Source of the DNA: Raillietiella orientalis
Taxonomy: Eukaryota
Direction of reading: 5' to 3'
Length of the DNA stretch: 64,000 nt
Assembly: GCA_036172245.1 (NCBI GenBank)
Contig: JAYWIR010000008.1
Coordinates: 434,001 to 498,000 of the forward strand
Shown: piece after piece, positions 24,975 through 37,899 of the stretch
Layout of the letters: every line of letters starts with the position of its first letter
How positions within the stretch are numbered: position 1 is the stretch's first letter
Notes under the pieces: model-generated
Seen by the model: the letters and a program-made list of their open reading frames with translations, nothing else
Databases searched by the model: none
Told to the model about the DNA's origin: nothing
Translations under genes and position numbers: made by a program

Positions 24975-25582
24975 CATGGATCACCCGTTCGGGAGTTTCG
25001 CCACCCCCGCCGCAGATCACACCACCTCCTGTTCTACCTTGTCGTTGGACCCGCGTCGGAGGCCACGTAGCTGCTGAGGTCTCCGCAAGGCGTGGCACCA
25101 GGCATCGCGGGTTTGAATACTCGGAAAGGATGGACGACGAGAATGGAGGGTGCGTCATGGGTTCGAGTTCCTCCTACAAGATGGCGCTGGTTGGCCGGCA
25201 TTGGGTGCGGCACCGGTGGCGATTAAAAATGGATACCCCCGTTGAGTGGCCGGGAAATGGGAGTCGACCTCGGGTCCTTCCAGGAAACACAATCAAGGAG
25301 TGGAAGTTCCCCTCCGGTTGTTCAAGGGAACGCACCCCTTCGTGGGGGACCCTCGCCCCATGGAGGAGGTGCGGTACCTCTCCAGAGCGCAGAGAAAAGT
25401 GCCGTTCCCTTCGGGAAGCGCCCCTCTGAATTTCAGAAGCGTCCCTTCGGGGTTCCCTTCAGAGGAGGAGTAAACAGGAGCAGGTTCCCTCCGGAGAAGG
25501 AAAAATGGAGCTGACCCCCCCGGGGTTCTTTCGGAGACAACCAGGTGGGAGGCTCCCTTCGTCGATCCCTTTCCAGGCGTGA
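24975..25582 (+). mobile_element. Element X (SINE-like), head and body, cut by a LINE 3' end
   Basis: GCGGGTTTGAATAC head, CAAGATGGCGCTGGTTGGCC and CCCTTCGGG repeats; colinear with 32520-33080 and with the reverse complement of 50480-51250. Confidence 0.8.
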
Positions 25583-27324
25583 TTTCACACCCAGGTACGC
25601 CGGGAAGTTTATTCTGTTACAGGAATCGACGGAGCCAATGGCCCACCAAATCCCATTGTTACACTAGAAAGAAGGGGGGCAGCCGGAGAGGTCCATCACA
25701 TCCACGAAGGGGGAGGGGCGATGAAACAAAAATATAAAATGAAAACAAACTATAACAAGCAACCCAAAAAAAAGAAACAATAAAAAAAAAATAATCAGTT
25801 GGGGGGAAGGGAAGGGATCACATTTGGTGGTGGGTGAGACCTCTGAATCAGTTGAAGGATGCCGGCGAGCTCCTCCTTCTCTGTTTCCAGGTGTGGACCC
25901 CTCAAAGCCATCTGCAGGAAGCGGATGGCGTGCAGGACAGCCTCCCCGTAGCTCCGGCCTCTCTCGGCGTCGCACTTCGCCGGGACGACACCACACACGC
26001 AGCACAGCACTGTGATTGCGGCTGCGGTCGTCATGGCGTCCCGTCCGAATAGGGGCCTCAAAGAGTCTCCGGGACCGCCCACGGGGTGGAAAGACGCAGA
26101 GAAACGTTCCCACATGGGTTCGAGTGGAGTGTGGCGGTGGCGCACTGCACTATGAGGTGGGGAAAGGTCTCCTTCTCTCCACACCTGCCACAGTTCGGCG
26201 ATGCTCTTCCCCTCGTCCAGTGGTGCCGGCGCGCATTGCACGGGAGACCCCCAATGCAATATCAGCAGCGCCGATTGCTGCCACTTGAGATGAAGCAGTT
26301 TCCTGTCCATAAACGAGGGGGAAAATTCCAACTCTCCGGGCTGAGTGGAGAAGAGTTCGCTCAGACGTCCCAGTCCTTTGGAGATGGTTCTTGCTGTTGC
26401 CGTGTCAGCCAGCTGTCGCATAGTCCAACCACCGACAGGCTTATTGCGGGCTGAGATCTCGCAGGAAACCTCCCACTTCGCCGGTAGGCAGATGCCATGT
26501 ACTCCGACAGCGGAGGACACCGCTTCAGCGAAGGGGGTGGCTGGTGGGTAGGCCAATATGGTCAGCTCACTACCCACCGTCTCCAGTGTTCTTCTGCTGT
26601 TCCTCTGAAACTCTCGGCAGCGGGTAACTTCCGGCGGGTCCGAGTGAGCTGGGTGCACATCCTCACTTTCTTCTGCCGCCAGGCCGGAGTATTTGCAGAG
26701 CGGCAGCAAATCCACGTGTTCGCTCTCACCAGAGCAGCGACGCACTGGTGGGGAAAACCTCAAGGTGGAGCCGGCAGTGGTGGCGCGCAAACAGGTTGTG
26801 AGTCCTTCTCCGCCTACCATCAGCCTGGAGAGCAAACGTGAGGGGGCGCACCAATGGATGGTCCAGTTCTGTGACACGAAGGCCAGTCTTCTGAAGTTCA
26901 TTTGAACTCCTTGGACTGCCCAGTAGTCCAAGTCCTTCTCAAGTGATGATGTAAGTCCATGCCCTGCAACATTCAAACGCCGAGTCCTGGACCCCTTTGG
27001 GACGCAAAGAAAAGGTTTAGGCGATCGCGGGGCACTGCACTACCCGGCGGTGCTTCTTGGGCGAGGGCGTCCATCTTCACGCATCGCTTCATCTTGCGGG
27101 ATCCAAACAGGGCGAAGGATCCCGAAGCTGCGAGTCAGCGGCGACATCGCAAATGAAGGTCCCGTTCATCAGGCAAAGCTTTCCACCTCGCAAGGGTTCA
27201 GGACTCCGCTTCGCAGGGACATGAGAGGAAGCATGAGAGGACGGCCTGCTGGCGAAATCCCCTCAGCGCTTCGAGGCAGAGCTGACCTCTTGATGCTGAG
27301 TCTCTCTTTCGACACTGAGTAGGC
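25583..27324 (-). mobile_element. Tx1/L1-like LINE 3' half
   Basis: LHLKWQQSALLILHW / PCNARRHHWTRGRASPNCGRCGEKETFPHL; T-rich UTR; terminus AATAAA-CTTCCCGGCGTACCTGGGTGTG-AAA at 25613-25583. Confidence 0.85.
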
Positions 27325-30176
27325 TTTTATCCGGTGATGCCGGGACCTTAATTTGAAAAATTAACCTAAATTTGTAGAGGAACAACAGTGTTCCCTGAAA
27401 ACAAGAGGTGCTAAAAGAAAAAAGAAAAAAAAAACGAAGTTATTAGGGATGACCACCGACACTCAGGCCAGCTTCTATAGAAGTGGAGAATGGAGGGAGA
27501 GGACAATAAATAAACAACAAAAACACGGGAGGGTAGGGACAGGGGACTTTTTGGGTCAGCCTCGCACCAAATCAGCGCCCCCTATAGATGCATATCTCTT
27601 CCTGGGACAAGGGTCGGACTCGGTCGACTAGGTGTGGTTCCGCTTTCGGTTCCTCTTCCTCCCTTGCTCCGAGAACGGGTATTCCCTACATGCTGCTGCT
27701 CTGCGCGCATGCTCGCAACAGGAGACCAGGAGATCCAATAATCTGCTCTAAATGAGGAGGCTTTGGTATTCTTCGTTTCTTTCCTTCTAGAAGCGGCTGT
27801 GTATGGAGGCGATCTCACTGATGACTCCTCCAGCAAACGAGACCATCTTGTAGCTGTCCTCATGGAGGCAGCTGCCATGCTGGCGGCCTCCTTTCGCTGC
27901 GAACATGGCCCCAACTCATGGCAGACTGTCACTGTGGCGCGAATGCAACAACAGATTATAGCGACCACAGCTCCTGTCTTCAGCCTGACTTGAGTGAAGA
28001 AGCGCCTCAGCAAAATCCAAGCCGGGGGTTCCTCCGGGTGGCAAGCGGAGGGGCGAAGCAAGTCTCTGCCGCATGACTTCCAGGGCGTTGAAGATGCGGA
28101 ACGATTCCTTAGCCCTGCACCTGGAACAGTTTCTACTGTTTTGATTTACAATCAGATAGCATGTTACAGGGGGGGAGAGGGGCGGGCTCTTGATATTCTT
28201 CCAGAGTTCCTCCTCTGTTCGTCTGGGGTGCTCGTCTCCTCCTCATCATGTTGCTTCCTCGGCTTCCTGTTCTTCGTCTCGCGATAGCTGACCGCTGGGA
28301 TTGTCCTACTGCATCTGATTGTCGGTCCTTCGTGTGAAACCATGGGCTGCATAGATATCGCTGGAGTATCGGATATGCACGAAGCACTATCCATTGCCTC
28401 ATCGTTATTAAGGGCTTATTCGGAATTCCAAGATCTTGCAATACTATTTCTTTACTCGGATCCCAGGCTCCCAGAGAACCAATGATGAAAGCGAGACGAA
28501 CGCTGGAGAATAGCTGGAGCGCTACTTCCTTGTATTTTCTTGTTTTCTCCTCTTCCTAGCTGCGCTGAACACCTCACCTCCATCCTCGTACGGGCAGCAG
28601 ACGTCCAGTACTATAAACCTGTTTTCATTTTTCATTACCAAGTTCGGTCTTAAGAGGGAGTTTGTTCCTGGAGCTCTTTGGTTAGGGGACACTGGGGCCC
28701 ACTTTGCTTAATCCACTGCACCTTGATGATCATCTCTTGAATCGCGTTAGCCGACGAGGCAATTTCCCTGGAAACCAGGTGTCTGCGCTGAATGCATCGG
28801 AACTCTCAATGTAGAAACAGCAGAACATCCTGTTTCCAACGGCCAAGAACACGGAGGCACTGAAGAGGGAGCTGACTTTGAGTCTGACTCCTTCCGCTCA
28901 GCGAAAGAGCCTCTCCTGGCGAAGGGCAGAGATACTTACAGCCCAATTAACTGTCACCTAATCACGGTCGTGAACTCGCTCGTCAGTTGCTATCAAAACC
29001 GTGGACCTTGAGGATCTCAGAGTTGCGGCTTCTTTCGTAGACCCATGCTGCTTTCGGGTGGTCCATGGAAATCGGCATGTTCATCGCTCGGAGCTGACTT
29101 GAACGCTGTCGTGTGACCGCGCTGCGCTGACTGCCTGCCGAGAAACAAGTGCTGCAGACGAAAAGGGACAGATGGCAAAGGAGCAACAGTGGAGACGCCG
29201 GGAACCAGAAGGTAGCGGTCGACCGTCAGAAAGCGTTCGACTACACGAGGCGGTAAATCCTTCTGGAGCTCTTAAAACCCCTCGGGCCTCCGGAACCCTC
29301 TTGAAGCACTTGCGCTCCAGCTGGAGCAACGCCTTCATGACTATTTCTTTCGGCAAGCCCCTCCGAGTCTCCAGAGAATACGGAAGAGATTCTGAAGTTC
29401 ACAGGGCTGCGACTGTCCGGTCAAACTCCTGCGCATCTGAACCTGAGGCTTCCTTCAGGCTAACCCGTTGGGAAGCGGGCACGCGCGTGAATGGGACGAA
29501 ACCAGAGGGATTCCCTGCCGAAGCACAGTAGGAGGAACAGCCGGACTGGATCCCTCTGGCCAAGTACTTCTTGTACCTCGGGTCACTTGCGCAGCCCCAG
29601 AAGATCATATGCCTTCAGAAGACCATGATCGCTTTCGGTCCGCTCCTTGATGCCAAGTTTTTCTCATCAGGCCACCAGCCGGAACACCTTGGTAGCTCCC
29701 TCCTTCGAATCTTTTCGCCTCCCTTTCTTCTATCAAGGCAAGGTAAAGGATCCACGGAATGCTGGGGATCGTCCTTCAGCCCCGAGTTCTTCCCCAAAAC
29801 TTTTTACTTCAAGAAGGGGTGCACGTCGGGGAGGATAGAGCTGCAATTTTACTTTAGAAGAGTTGCTCTGACAGAGATCTCCGGGAGCCAGTTGAGCTGT
29901 TTCCCTGGACATCACATTCTAAGACATCTTGAGAGATCGAATGGATTTCCTAGATCTTGGTCTCTGGAGTACACGCCAGGATTGGGGACGTCACACGTGA
30001 CGTCCGCGTCGAGCCTTTCCCGAATGACTTCTCCTCTGACCTTGCTTCATCCCCTTGGAAGATCAGGAGATGCCCGCAGTGATGACAGAGAGCCAAACGC
30101 TCTGCATGAAGTGATAGCAGTCAGTCCACCTGATCCCTCATGGAGGCCTCCCTTGCATGGCACGCTGGCACCATCG
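27325..30176 (-). mobile_element. Internally deleted LINE (EN/RT remnants + 3' end) nested against the previous copy
   Basis: Terminus AATTAA-GGTCCCGGCATCACCGGAT-AAAA at 27353-27325. 27440-28100 is homologous to 59910-60350. KEIVMKALLQL..APEGFTASC ~ SPGPDGFTAEFY. Confidence 0.65.
27563..27738. repeat. Direct repeat copy 2, an insertion inside a LINE 3' region
   Basis: Matches 23110-23285 and is absent from the homologous LINE copy at ~60015-60030. Confidence 0.8.
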
Positions 30177-33100
30177 TAACCCGGTGACGCCGGGGCGTTT
30201 CTTTCTTAAAAAGGAAAAGAAAAGCAAAAGGTCATGTGGATCAGTAAATCCATTGGTCTACGAAACATTCAGGGCAATCGGTCAAAAAGAAACAGAACCA
30301 CCGATCTGCAGGGCGGATACACAGAAGGGTGAGGAGGGAGTGACTGAGGGACAATAATGAGAGGGAAGGGACGTAGGGTCACCTGCATGCGATGTAGACG
30401 GCAACCTCCTTCACCCTGACATCCTTCAAAGGCCATTTTGGTACATCCCTCAGCACTGAAGAGTTGAGGCGAGGTCTTTCTTCCTTGTTGGGTGCTTCCT
30501 TAGTATGACTTATCAAAACGATCTCCCTGTCGCAATGTACAGAATTAGGGTAATCGGGGAAGCAAGCGAAAACCCGGCCGGGGTGAAGCAGCGCCTCAGA
30601 TGCTCTCCTGGAGCGTCTTCGGGTCGGAGCGGAGCAGTCACGAGGCCTTTCCACGCCCTCCGAAGGTCACTGCATTCCAACAGCAGATACGAGCAAGCGT
30701 CCAGCTGGAGCAGCTGGAGGAGATGATCCCACTCGTCCAGCGATGCCACCGCTGGCTGCAGGGGGAAGTCCCAGTGGACGAGCAGCAGCAAGGCTTCCCT
30801 CACTCCATCTGAAGGAGGGAAAGCTCAGAGCTGTCCAGGTAGAGGGGAGGGGTCGCGATCTCTGACGGAAGAGCCTGCAGCTATTCTATCCAACGGAGTA
30901 GTTCTCCAGCCGTGCACTGGGCGTTCCTCGCCAGCGTTCACCGAGGCGGGGGGGGGGATGCTAGCTTCGAACTGTAGAAGGCGTTGTGATGGGAAGGCGT
31001 TGTGAGGCACTCCCTCGGGGGACACTAGCCTCTGAGGCCGCGCACTCTACCTGCACTCTTGGCCGTAGGAGCGAGAAGTTCGCTACCGTCTCATTTGGGG
31101 CTCCCGTTGAAACTCGGGTGGTCCAGCGCGCTGCCTGCGCTCCAGGCGTTCCTCTCTCTCGGAATTCTTGCCCTTTTAGGGAAGCATATTGCCGGCCAGA
31201 GTGTGCAGGAACGTCTCCCCAAAGCCCTGCAAATCTTGATTGGGAACAAGATGGACGAAAAGCGTGGCAGGCTGGGCCCGCTAGCTTGCCGGAACGTCAG
31301 TGCCCACGAATACTGGGCTGCTGCAGAGAAAAGCCGCATTGTGCGGGGGTACCAACCCTTGTACTCGAAGACGCCACCGCATGGCGACTTGTTCTGAACG
31401 CTTTTATCCTGAATAACTCGACTATTTACTGGAAATAAATAACTGATGAAAAGAAATGCAGTTAGAGGACGACTTGCGCAGGTTGGTTCCAGTTGGGTTC
31501 GCTTTCCTGGAGGCAGAACCAAAGCGAGAGGGGGAAGATGCGTGAATTGGGTAAACGAAATGGACCGGCTACGTGGCACTGAACGTGGATTCTAGAGGAC
31601 CTGATATGGCTAGGAAGAGATCGAAAGGGAGTCAGTTCCCCCATTTCGGGGCTGGTGTGCCCACTGTCTCCCCAAAGTTTCCCCCATCCCGCCTCGATCA
31701 TTGTCGTCTTCCTTCCCACGTAGGTCGATGGCGATTCCAAGCGGCATCCTCGGGTCTTGGATGGCCCACCTGCTGGGTGCACTGAGAATCAACGGCCCTC
31801 TCTCCGTTCTGGCGCTCAGCATGCTGGCACGAGGCGCAGAAGTGACGTCGACTGCATGCCACCGAGGAGAGGCGAACAAGTGAAGAAGCAACGCCTGAGG
31901 GTTGGCATCAGAGAAGGGAAGCGCCCCACTGAGGGAAACCTCTCTGCCCTCTCAGCCATCCCTCCGCTTTGAGCAAGCCCATATGACCACTGCTTTCAAT
32001 CCCTCTCATTGGGTGCACCCTTTGGGCAACCTCCCCTGATGAAACTAAGTGACCTCATTTTCAGGGAGGAGCCAGAGAATCACGTAGTGCACAGAATTAT
32101 GGAGTCCACACGGTGAACGACGAGGAACTGGGACAGTCTCTGGAAGTCCTGAGAAGCCCTTTGGGTGGGGCTTCTTTAGCTAACTAGGACATTTGCCATA
32201 GGGAGGTGGGCTGGATAGCTCTGGATTGCAGGAAATTCACCTGCCACGCTCTTCACCTTTTCTCCATCCCACCTATACCGTAGGGGACGCATGGTCGTGC
32301 GGAGCTCTGGGAGGCAGGATGGCATCGAAGAGAATCTCTCCGAGCGGGGATAGATGGCATTGCTGTTGGGGATAGTCAGACTTTCCGAGCTCCTCCGCGT
32401 TTCCAGGGAGTCCTGCCAAACGTTCCTGTTCCCCGAATAGCAGAATGCCTCCACTCCTGCTCCTCTACCTGCAGCGCTGTTGAGCAGCCCGGACAACGCA
32501 GACCTTGTCCTCGTGTACGTTTGCGGCAGTGTGACTGCGGTCTCCATGCATCATACCAACCGTCGCGGGCTCGAATACCACGCGGGGAAGCATCGACGCA
32601 AAGTACGGGGGGGCTTCCTGAGTTTCGAGCCCCTTCCCTTCCGCACGATGACGCTGGTTGGCCTGTAGGTTCCGGGTACGCCGGCGGCGGCAGTCCGATG
32701 CCTACGTTGACTGGCCGGGATCGGAAGTTGACCCTCCGACGTTCTTCCAGGAATCAAGGAGCTGAGTCCCTTCGGTATTCCCCTTCGATTGTGCAAATGG
32801 ATCCGCCCCTTTCCAAGGGTAGACCCTCCATCGCGTACCAGGAAGCAGGTCGATACCTCCCTCGGGGGATCGCCTTACCAGAGTGTTAAGAAGCGCACTG
32901 TTCCCTTCGGGGAGCTCCCTTCAGAGAAATTTGGGAACGTCCCTTCGCGATTCTCTTCAGAGGGCGAAACGAGGAGCGGATCCTCTTCGAGGGGTCCCTC
33001 CAGAGAGGAAACGAAGAGTGGGGGCTCCCTCCGGAGAGAATAAGGAAAGGATTCCTTTCGGGGTTCAATTCGGAGACAGCGTTCGGCGGCAGCAGTGCTC

Positions 33101-34280
33101 CTCACGAGAAGGGCACTTGACAGCAGTCAACCGCCGAGGTGACAGTCTCCTGAGAGATTGCAGGCAGACGGAATTTGGTGAGCGGATAAACCAAGGGGCA
33201 GCTGGAGGATGCTGCGACCCCGAGTTCCTTTCCACGAGGACTACAGCGCTGGGGCGAGCCGCTCGGTATTCTTAGCGAAGACTGGAATGGCCCCCAGCGC
33301 TCAAGATCAGCAGCGCCCTCGCCCTCAAGTGGCAGCAGTCGGCCCTTGTGCTGTTGCACCGGGGTTTCTTCCTTGCAACGCGCGCCGACACCACCGGACG
33401 CTGGGCAGGGCGAGCCCGGACTGTCGCAGGTGCGGGGCACGGAAATCCCTCCCGCACCTGCTCGTGGACCTTGTAGCCTTCCAACCCTCATGGGAACGTT
33501 TGGGAACGACTCCGCATCCTTTTGAGGGACGGGTCCTCTGTGTGCGGGACGCCCTGCAGCGCTTTGCCGCATCCGCGGGGTTGTGGCGGCCTGGAGCGAA
33601 ACCGACAGAAGAAGGAAGGAGAAGGACGTTACCGAGTGTGCACTTCCTCTTTCTGCGGCTAACGACTGGATGCTGTCCCGCCTAACACCTATCCGAGAGG
33701 ACCCAGCTGGCATCCCAGAAAGATGAAGACTTTCTCCAGGAGACGGTGGTTCCCCCCCGACCGTTTCAAAGATTTTTATTTGCTTTCTTTTGGTTTTCTC
33801 CCCTCCGCCTCCGCTGCCGAGGGGAGCTGGACGGCAGACAGGCTGGACCGTGTGCCGTCTTGCGTTCAGGCTCGAAGCACAGGTTGAAGAGTATCGGGCG
33901 TCAACCCGCGGCCTTTCTATTGAATTCCCCGTCTGGCCTTCAGGTCATCGGTGAGGAGACCGCTGATAAACATGCAGATTTTCTCCTTGTGCTTGGATAG
34001 GGCAGGCAGCGTAGGACGCTGGCTGGGAAGCCAAGCCGTTCCAGCATCTTTGGATGTCCTGGCCCATGCAGTGGACTGTCTTCCTCAGGTCTGTTGCGAG
34101 GGCTCTCTTCCTCGGTGCTTTCTTGTGCCATAACTCTCGCACAGCTCGGGCGTGACCTTTTCTCGCACAGTCCGAACTAGGGACATCAGGATAGAGCAAG
34201 TGGGCACCCAGGGTTCTTTCCAGGGTTGCGTAGGGCTCGCTACGCATCCTATCACTTGCACGATTCGGCCATTCCACCTG
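30177..34280 (-). mobile_element. LINE RT-to-3'-end, interrupted by the 1311-bp insert at 32518-33828
   Basis: ATDLRKTVH; MLERLGFP; FISGLLTDDLKARRGIQ; PILFNLCFEP (34130-33850). Resumes after the insert with Y(T/E)DKVCVV (YADD region) and LLLVHWDFP. Terminus AAGAAA-CGCCCCGGCGTCACCGGG at 30203-30180. Confidence 0.75.
32518..33828 (+). repeat. Left arm of a 1311-bp near-perfect inverted duplication (X head/body + LINE 3' fragment)
   Basis: Reverse complement of 43357-44667 (coordinates sum to 77185). The ORF track is mirrored. About 6 substitutions seen, near 32528, 32546 and 33754-33766. Confidence 0.97.
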
Positions 34281-34299
34281 CTGGGGAGTTGCTCGACTT

Positions 34300-34950
34300 G
34301 TCTTCGTGAAACTGTGTATAGCAACGTGTGTTGCTGTTTCGTTGAACGAGTGCAGCGCTCTGCTTTTCGGCCACGGAGGATTGGTCCTGCTGCGCTCTGC
34401 AAAGCTGATGTTTTCGGATTCTTCAGGTGCAGAATGGAACGAGTTTGTGCGTGACTTCCCATTTTATGGGAACGAGGAGTCATTTTCCGGTAGCGTATCC
34501 TTGCAAAGTCCTCGGTAGTTCGCCAGCTGTGGTATGGTGGAGGCGCTGCTACAATTGAGTGCGAGGGATGATTTGCTTGCAGAAATTTCCCGTCAACTGA
34601 CGTGGGATCGATAAAATCAGTAAATTCGCGGCGGTTCGTCGAGTGAACCATTGGTGGCTTTCTAAATTCACTCGAGTTTTCTTGTCGCGCACGCCAGCTG
34701 AACTTGGGCAAAGGGATCTGGTGATTGACGACAAGGAGATTCCTAGTCCGTTCCGTCCACGGTCGTGAAATCCGGAAAGTGCAGAAGAGGGAAAAAGGGC
34801 AGCCAGAATCACGGAAAGATGGCCGAGCTTTGCTAGGAATATTCTTGGGACGGGTCAAAGGTCTCTCGCGAAACCGGGTCGTTGGCCAACTTCCGGAAGC
34901 TCTTGCCAATATTCCCGGAATTTTCCGAATGGTGCGTGGAGTCACGCTGC
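34300..34950 (-). mobile_element. Degenerate Gypsy-type integrase remnant
   Basis: LHFPDF..VDG; LLVVN; KPPMVHSTNRREF ~ GxPxxIxSDNGxEF; PPYH; SAAGPILRGRK ~ SPAELLFGRK. Confidence 0.5.
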
Positions 34951-37899
34951 GACCTCTCGGAATTCACCCCACAGGAATCGGAACCGTCCCTGCGAACGGG
35001 CTGCACGCGTAGCAGACGATCGGCGCACCCCGGCGCCCCGAGGCCTGAGAAGCTCCAGCAGAGCTTTGCAGGTTTCGTACGAAGGAGCTCCTGGATTCCT
35101 AAAAATACACCTCAGAGACCCAGTTTCGAACACTTGCGAAAAACCATGGGGCCCTTACGAGTCGAACCCAACTGTTTTCAGCAAAGGCAAGATCACTGTT
35201 GATTACGAAGAGTTCTAGATGGTGGTGCAAAAAAAACAAAGCGTGCATTTTTTTTATGCGTTGCCTTTAAGTCCCCTGCAGTTGCGAAGGTTCGTTCCTT
35301 TTTCGAAGGATTGTCAGATGAGGCCTTAATGATCATTCCAATGCAGGTGATACCTTAACGATGTGTTTCGTTTAGCCACCTCTTTTCTTTTTTTTGGCGG
35401 GTTCCTTCCCCCCTCCCCCGTTGAAGGCGCATTTCTCAAGATGCCCATGCAAATTATTGTCTCTGTAATTGTACTTTGTTTCTGATTTCCTTTCGTATAC
35501 GCAGTGTACGGTGTATCCCATGTACCGATTTGCATCTCTTTGAAAACTTCAGCTGGGTTTCTTTCTTTAGAGGTCATGGCTGCCTGGGTCAACTTTCAAA
35601 CGGCCGCCTTCGCCCAACACCTGCTCAAACGAATCCAGGGGGAGAGTTCACTGCAGGTCGTGCCCTTTGTTCCAGGTCCTATGAGAACTGAACGGGCATC
35701 TCCTCCTTATTCTTGCCTCGGAACGCCGCTATCCCGCGCGACGGAAAGTCAGAGATCAAATGCTCCAGGCTCCTTGATTTCCAAAGATCCATATCGCCAC
35801 GCACCCACGGAGAGCCAACAGATAAGGCTCTAATGGATGCCCCCATCAGCAACAGATGGAAAATCCGCACCAGAAAATGAGAAGGGCTGGATTTATCTCA
35901 TCCTTGCTGTAGGAGCGCAAAAAACACTCTACGATTCCAACCGCACGAAGATGATTGGGCTTCGTGCGTAACAGTTTTGCAGCACCCTTGCGATGCCTCC
36001 AACGAGCTCTGTGCTTGCTGATTTGGGTTCCTCAGCGTATTCGAGAAACCACGAGAAGCTCATTGTGGGTTGCCGATCAGCTCATGCCGCTCGTGTCTCC
36101 TAGGTGACGCATAAAAGCAGAATTCAGTTCTTCTCGAGCACCATTCCGCGCGTGTCCAATGACACGGTCACACAGAACTCTCTCTTCTCTTCGCTATGGA
36201 GTTGCTCATGGAGCCGGTTCCCATGCTGATGGAGTTGCAGTTGAAAAAGCAAACGAAAGCAGTGGCTCGGAAAGCGAAAACGGCTAGAGCTTTTTAGCTC
36301 CCGCGAGAGCGGGTGTCCCATAGCAACCGCATCGATGCGATGGGGCCGAAAGTAATCTGGAAAGACAGCATTTGCGGCTCGTAGTCAACAGTGAGGAGGG
36401 AGAGCCAGAGACGAAACGGGCATCCTCCATCGGTGAGTCCATCCGCAACTTCTATCGGTGACTGAATCGCATCAGGGATTCAGCACATGTCAGGGAGCCA
36501 AAAATGCCTTTTTTATATTTATCGTGTGCTCCTGCCTGGTTTCGCAGGCCCGCGAGGTAGGGATATATCGTCGTTTCACATGTTCTCCTTCGGCAGCGGT
36601 GACGTAGAAACGCGATGATCACCGGAGTCACTCCGCTGCTGCTTCCCGGGAGCATTTAGGAATTCAAGACTCACGCAATGAGCGCGTCGAGCGCGTGTTG
36701 GAGCGGCAGCGCTTGGCGGCGCGCCTCTATTCTCCCAGGAGGGACTCCTCCGACGAAACTCAAGCAGGCCGCTCATCGACGTTTCCACGAATCCAAGACT
36801 ATCCTGGCAGGCAGCATTGCAGAGCTGCCTGTGCTGGTTGCTCCTGCGTATCCCGAATCCTCAGGACGGATTAGACCGCAGCGGAACGGCGTGGCGCAGT
36901 AGGTCAGGGCTTGCGATTCCAGGAGACGCGTCTCCTGTTGCCGCCCACCCACTTGGCGCGCTGGAGGTCGAGGATGGATGGCGCCATGTGAAACGCTGCA
37001 GCGGTGGGACGCAGTTGCGTTTGCGGACCTTCGTGGGCGCCGCGAGCGACGGACGGTTTGCCCGCTTCACGCGAAACGTCCGCACCGTCTTTCCCCCTTG
37101 TTGCTCCATCTGCAGTTCGGCAACTGTAATTCGGTAAAAAATCCGTAATTCATCAGTAAACGAATCTGTAATTCGGTAAACATTTCAGCTGTGCAACCCG
37201 CCGTTCAGTCCTCTGAACGGTGATTTCCGTCTGCGTATCAGCTGAGGAGCGATAAGCTTGAAGCTGAGGTTCCTCTTCTGCATTGCACTGCAAGCTGTGA
37301 AACCTCCTCTTTCGGCAAAGAAGCCGTCCAGAAGATCTGCACGTGTGCGGCCATGAAAGTCCGCTGCGTGACTCCTCGAAAGCAGTTCTTTAGGTTACCA
37401 AAGCTCCTGTCTCAGGCGCATGATCGCTTAATGGACCAATGAGGCAGCCAGAAAAATCCACAATTGCCCCTTGGCCCAAGTGAGATGTGGGTTGTTACAA
37501 TTTTCTTGCTGGGTCTGTTAAAAGCATTTGACTAAACTTACCGACGACTGGACAGACTTTTGTTGACGCGAGGCGAACTCAGATGATCTGACAGTTTTTC
37601 TTCGGGTTCAACGGGAGAGTTTCTGAGATGAAGCCATTCTTTGCTCTGGAGGCATCACTGACATCATGCACGGTTGACACAGAGTACTGAAGGAATACAA
37701 CAGATGGTGGCGATTCCAGAGTGATCGCAGCATTCCGGGGAAAATTGGAAGGAAAAAAGTGACCGTCTCCAGACACGATGACGCCTTCCCTGTACTTCTT
37801 TCCCAAAAAACACCAAAGGGAGTTGCGCTTTTAGGCTGCAATCTTTATCACGGAAGGAAGAGTAAATGGTTCCGTTTGCAAATGCAACATCTCGTGAAG

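Noticed and set aside
24461..25429. 322-aa ORF
   Set aside because: Spans an antisense LINE fragment and element X; the frame is not conserved in other X copies.
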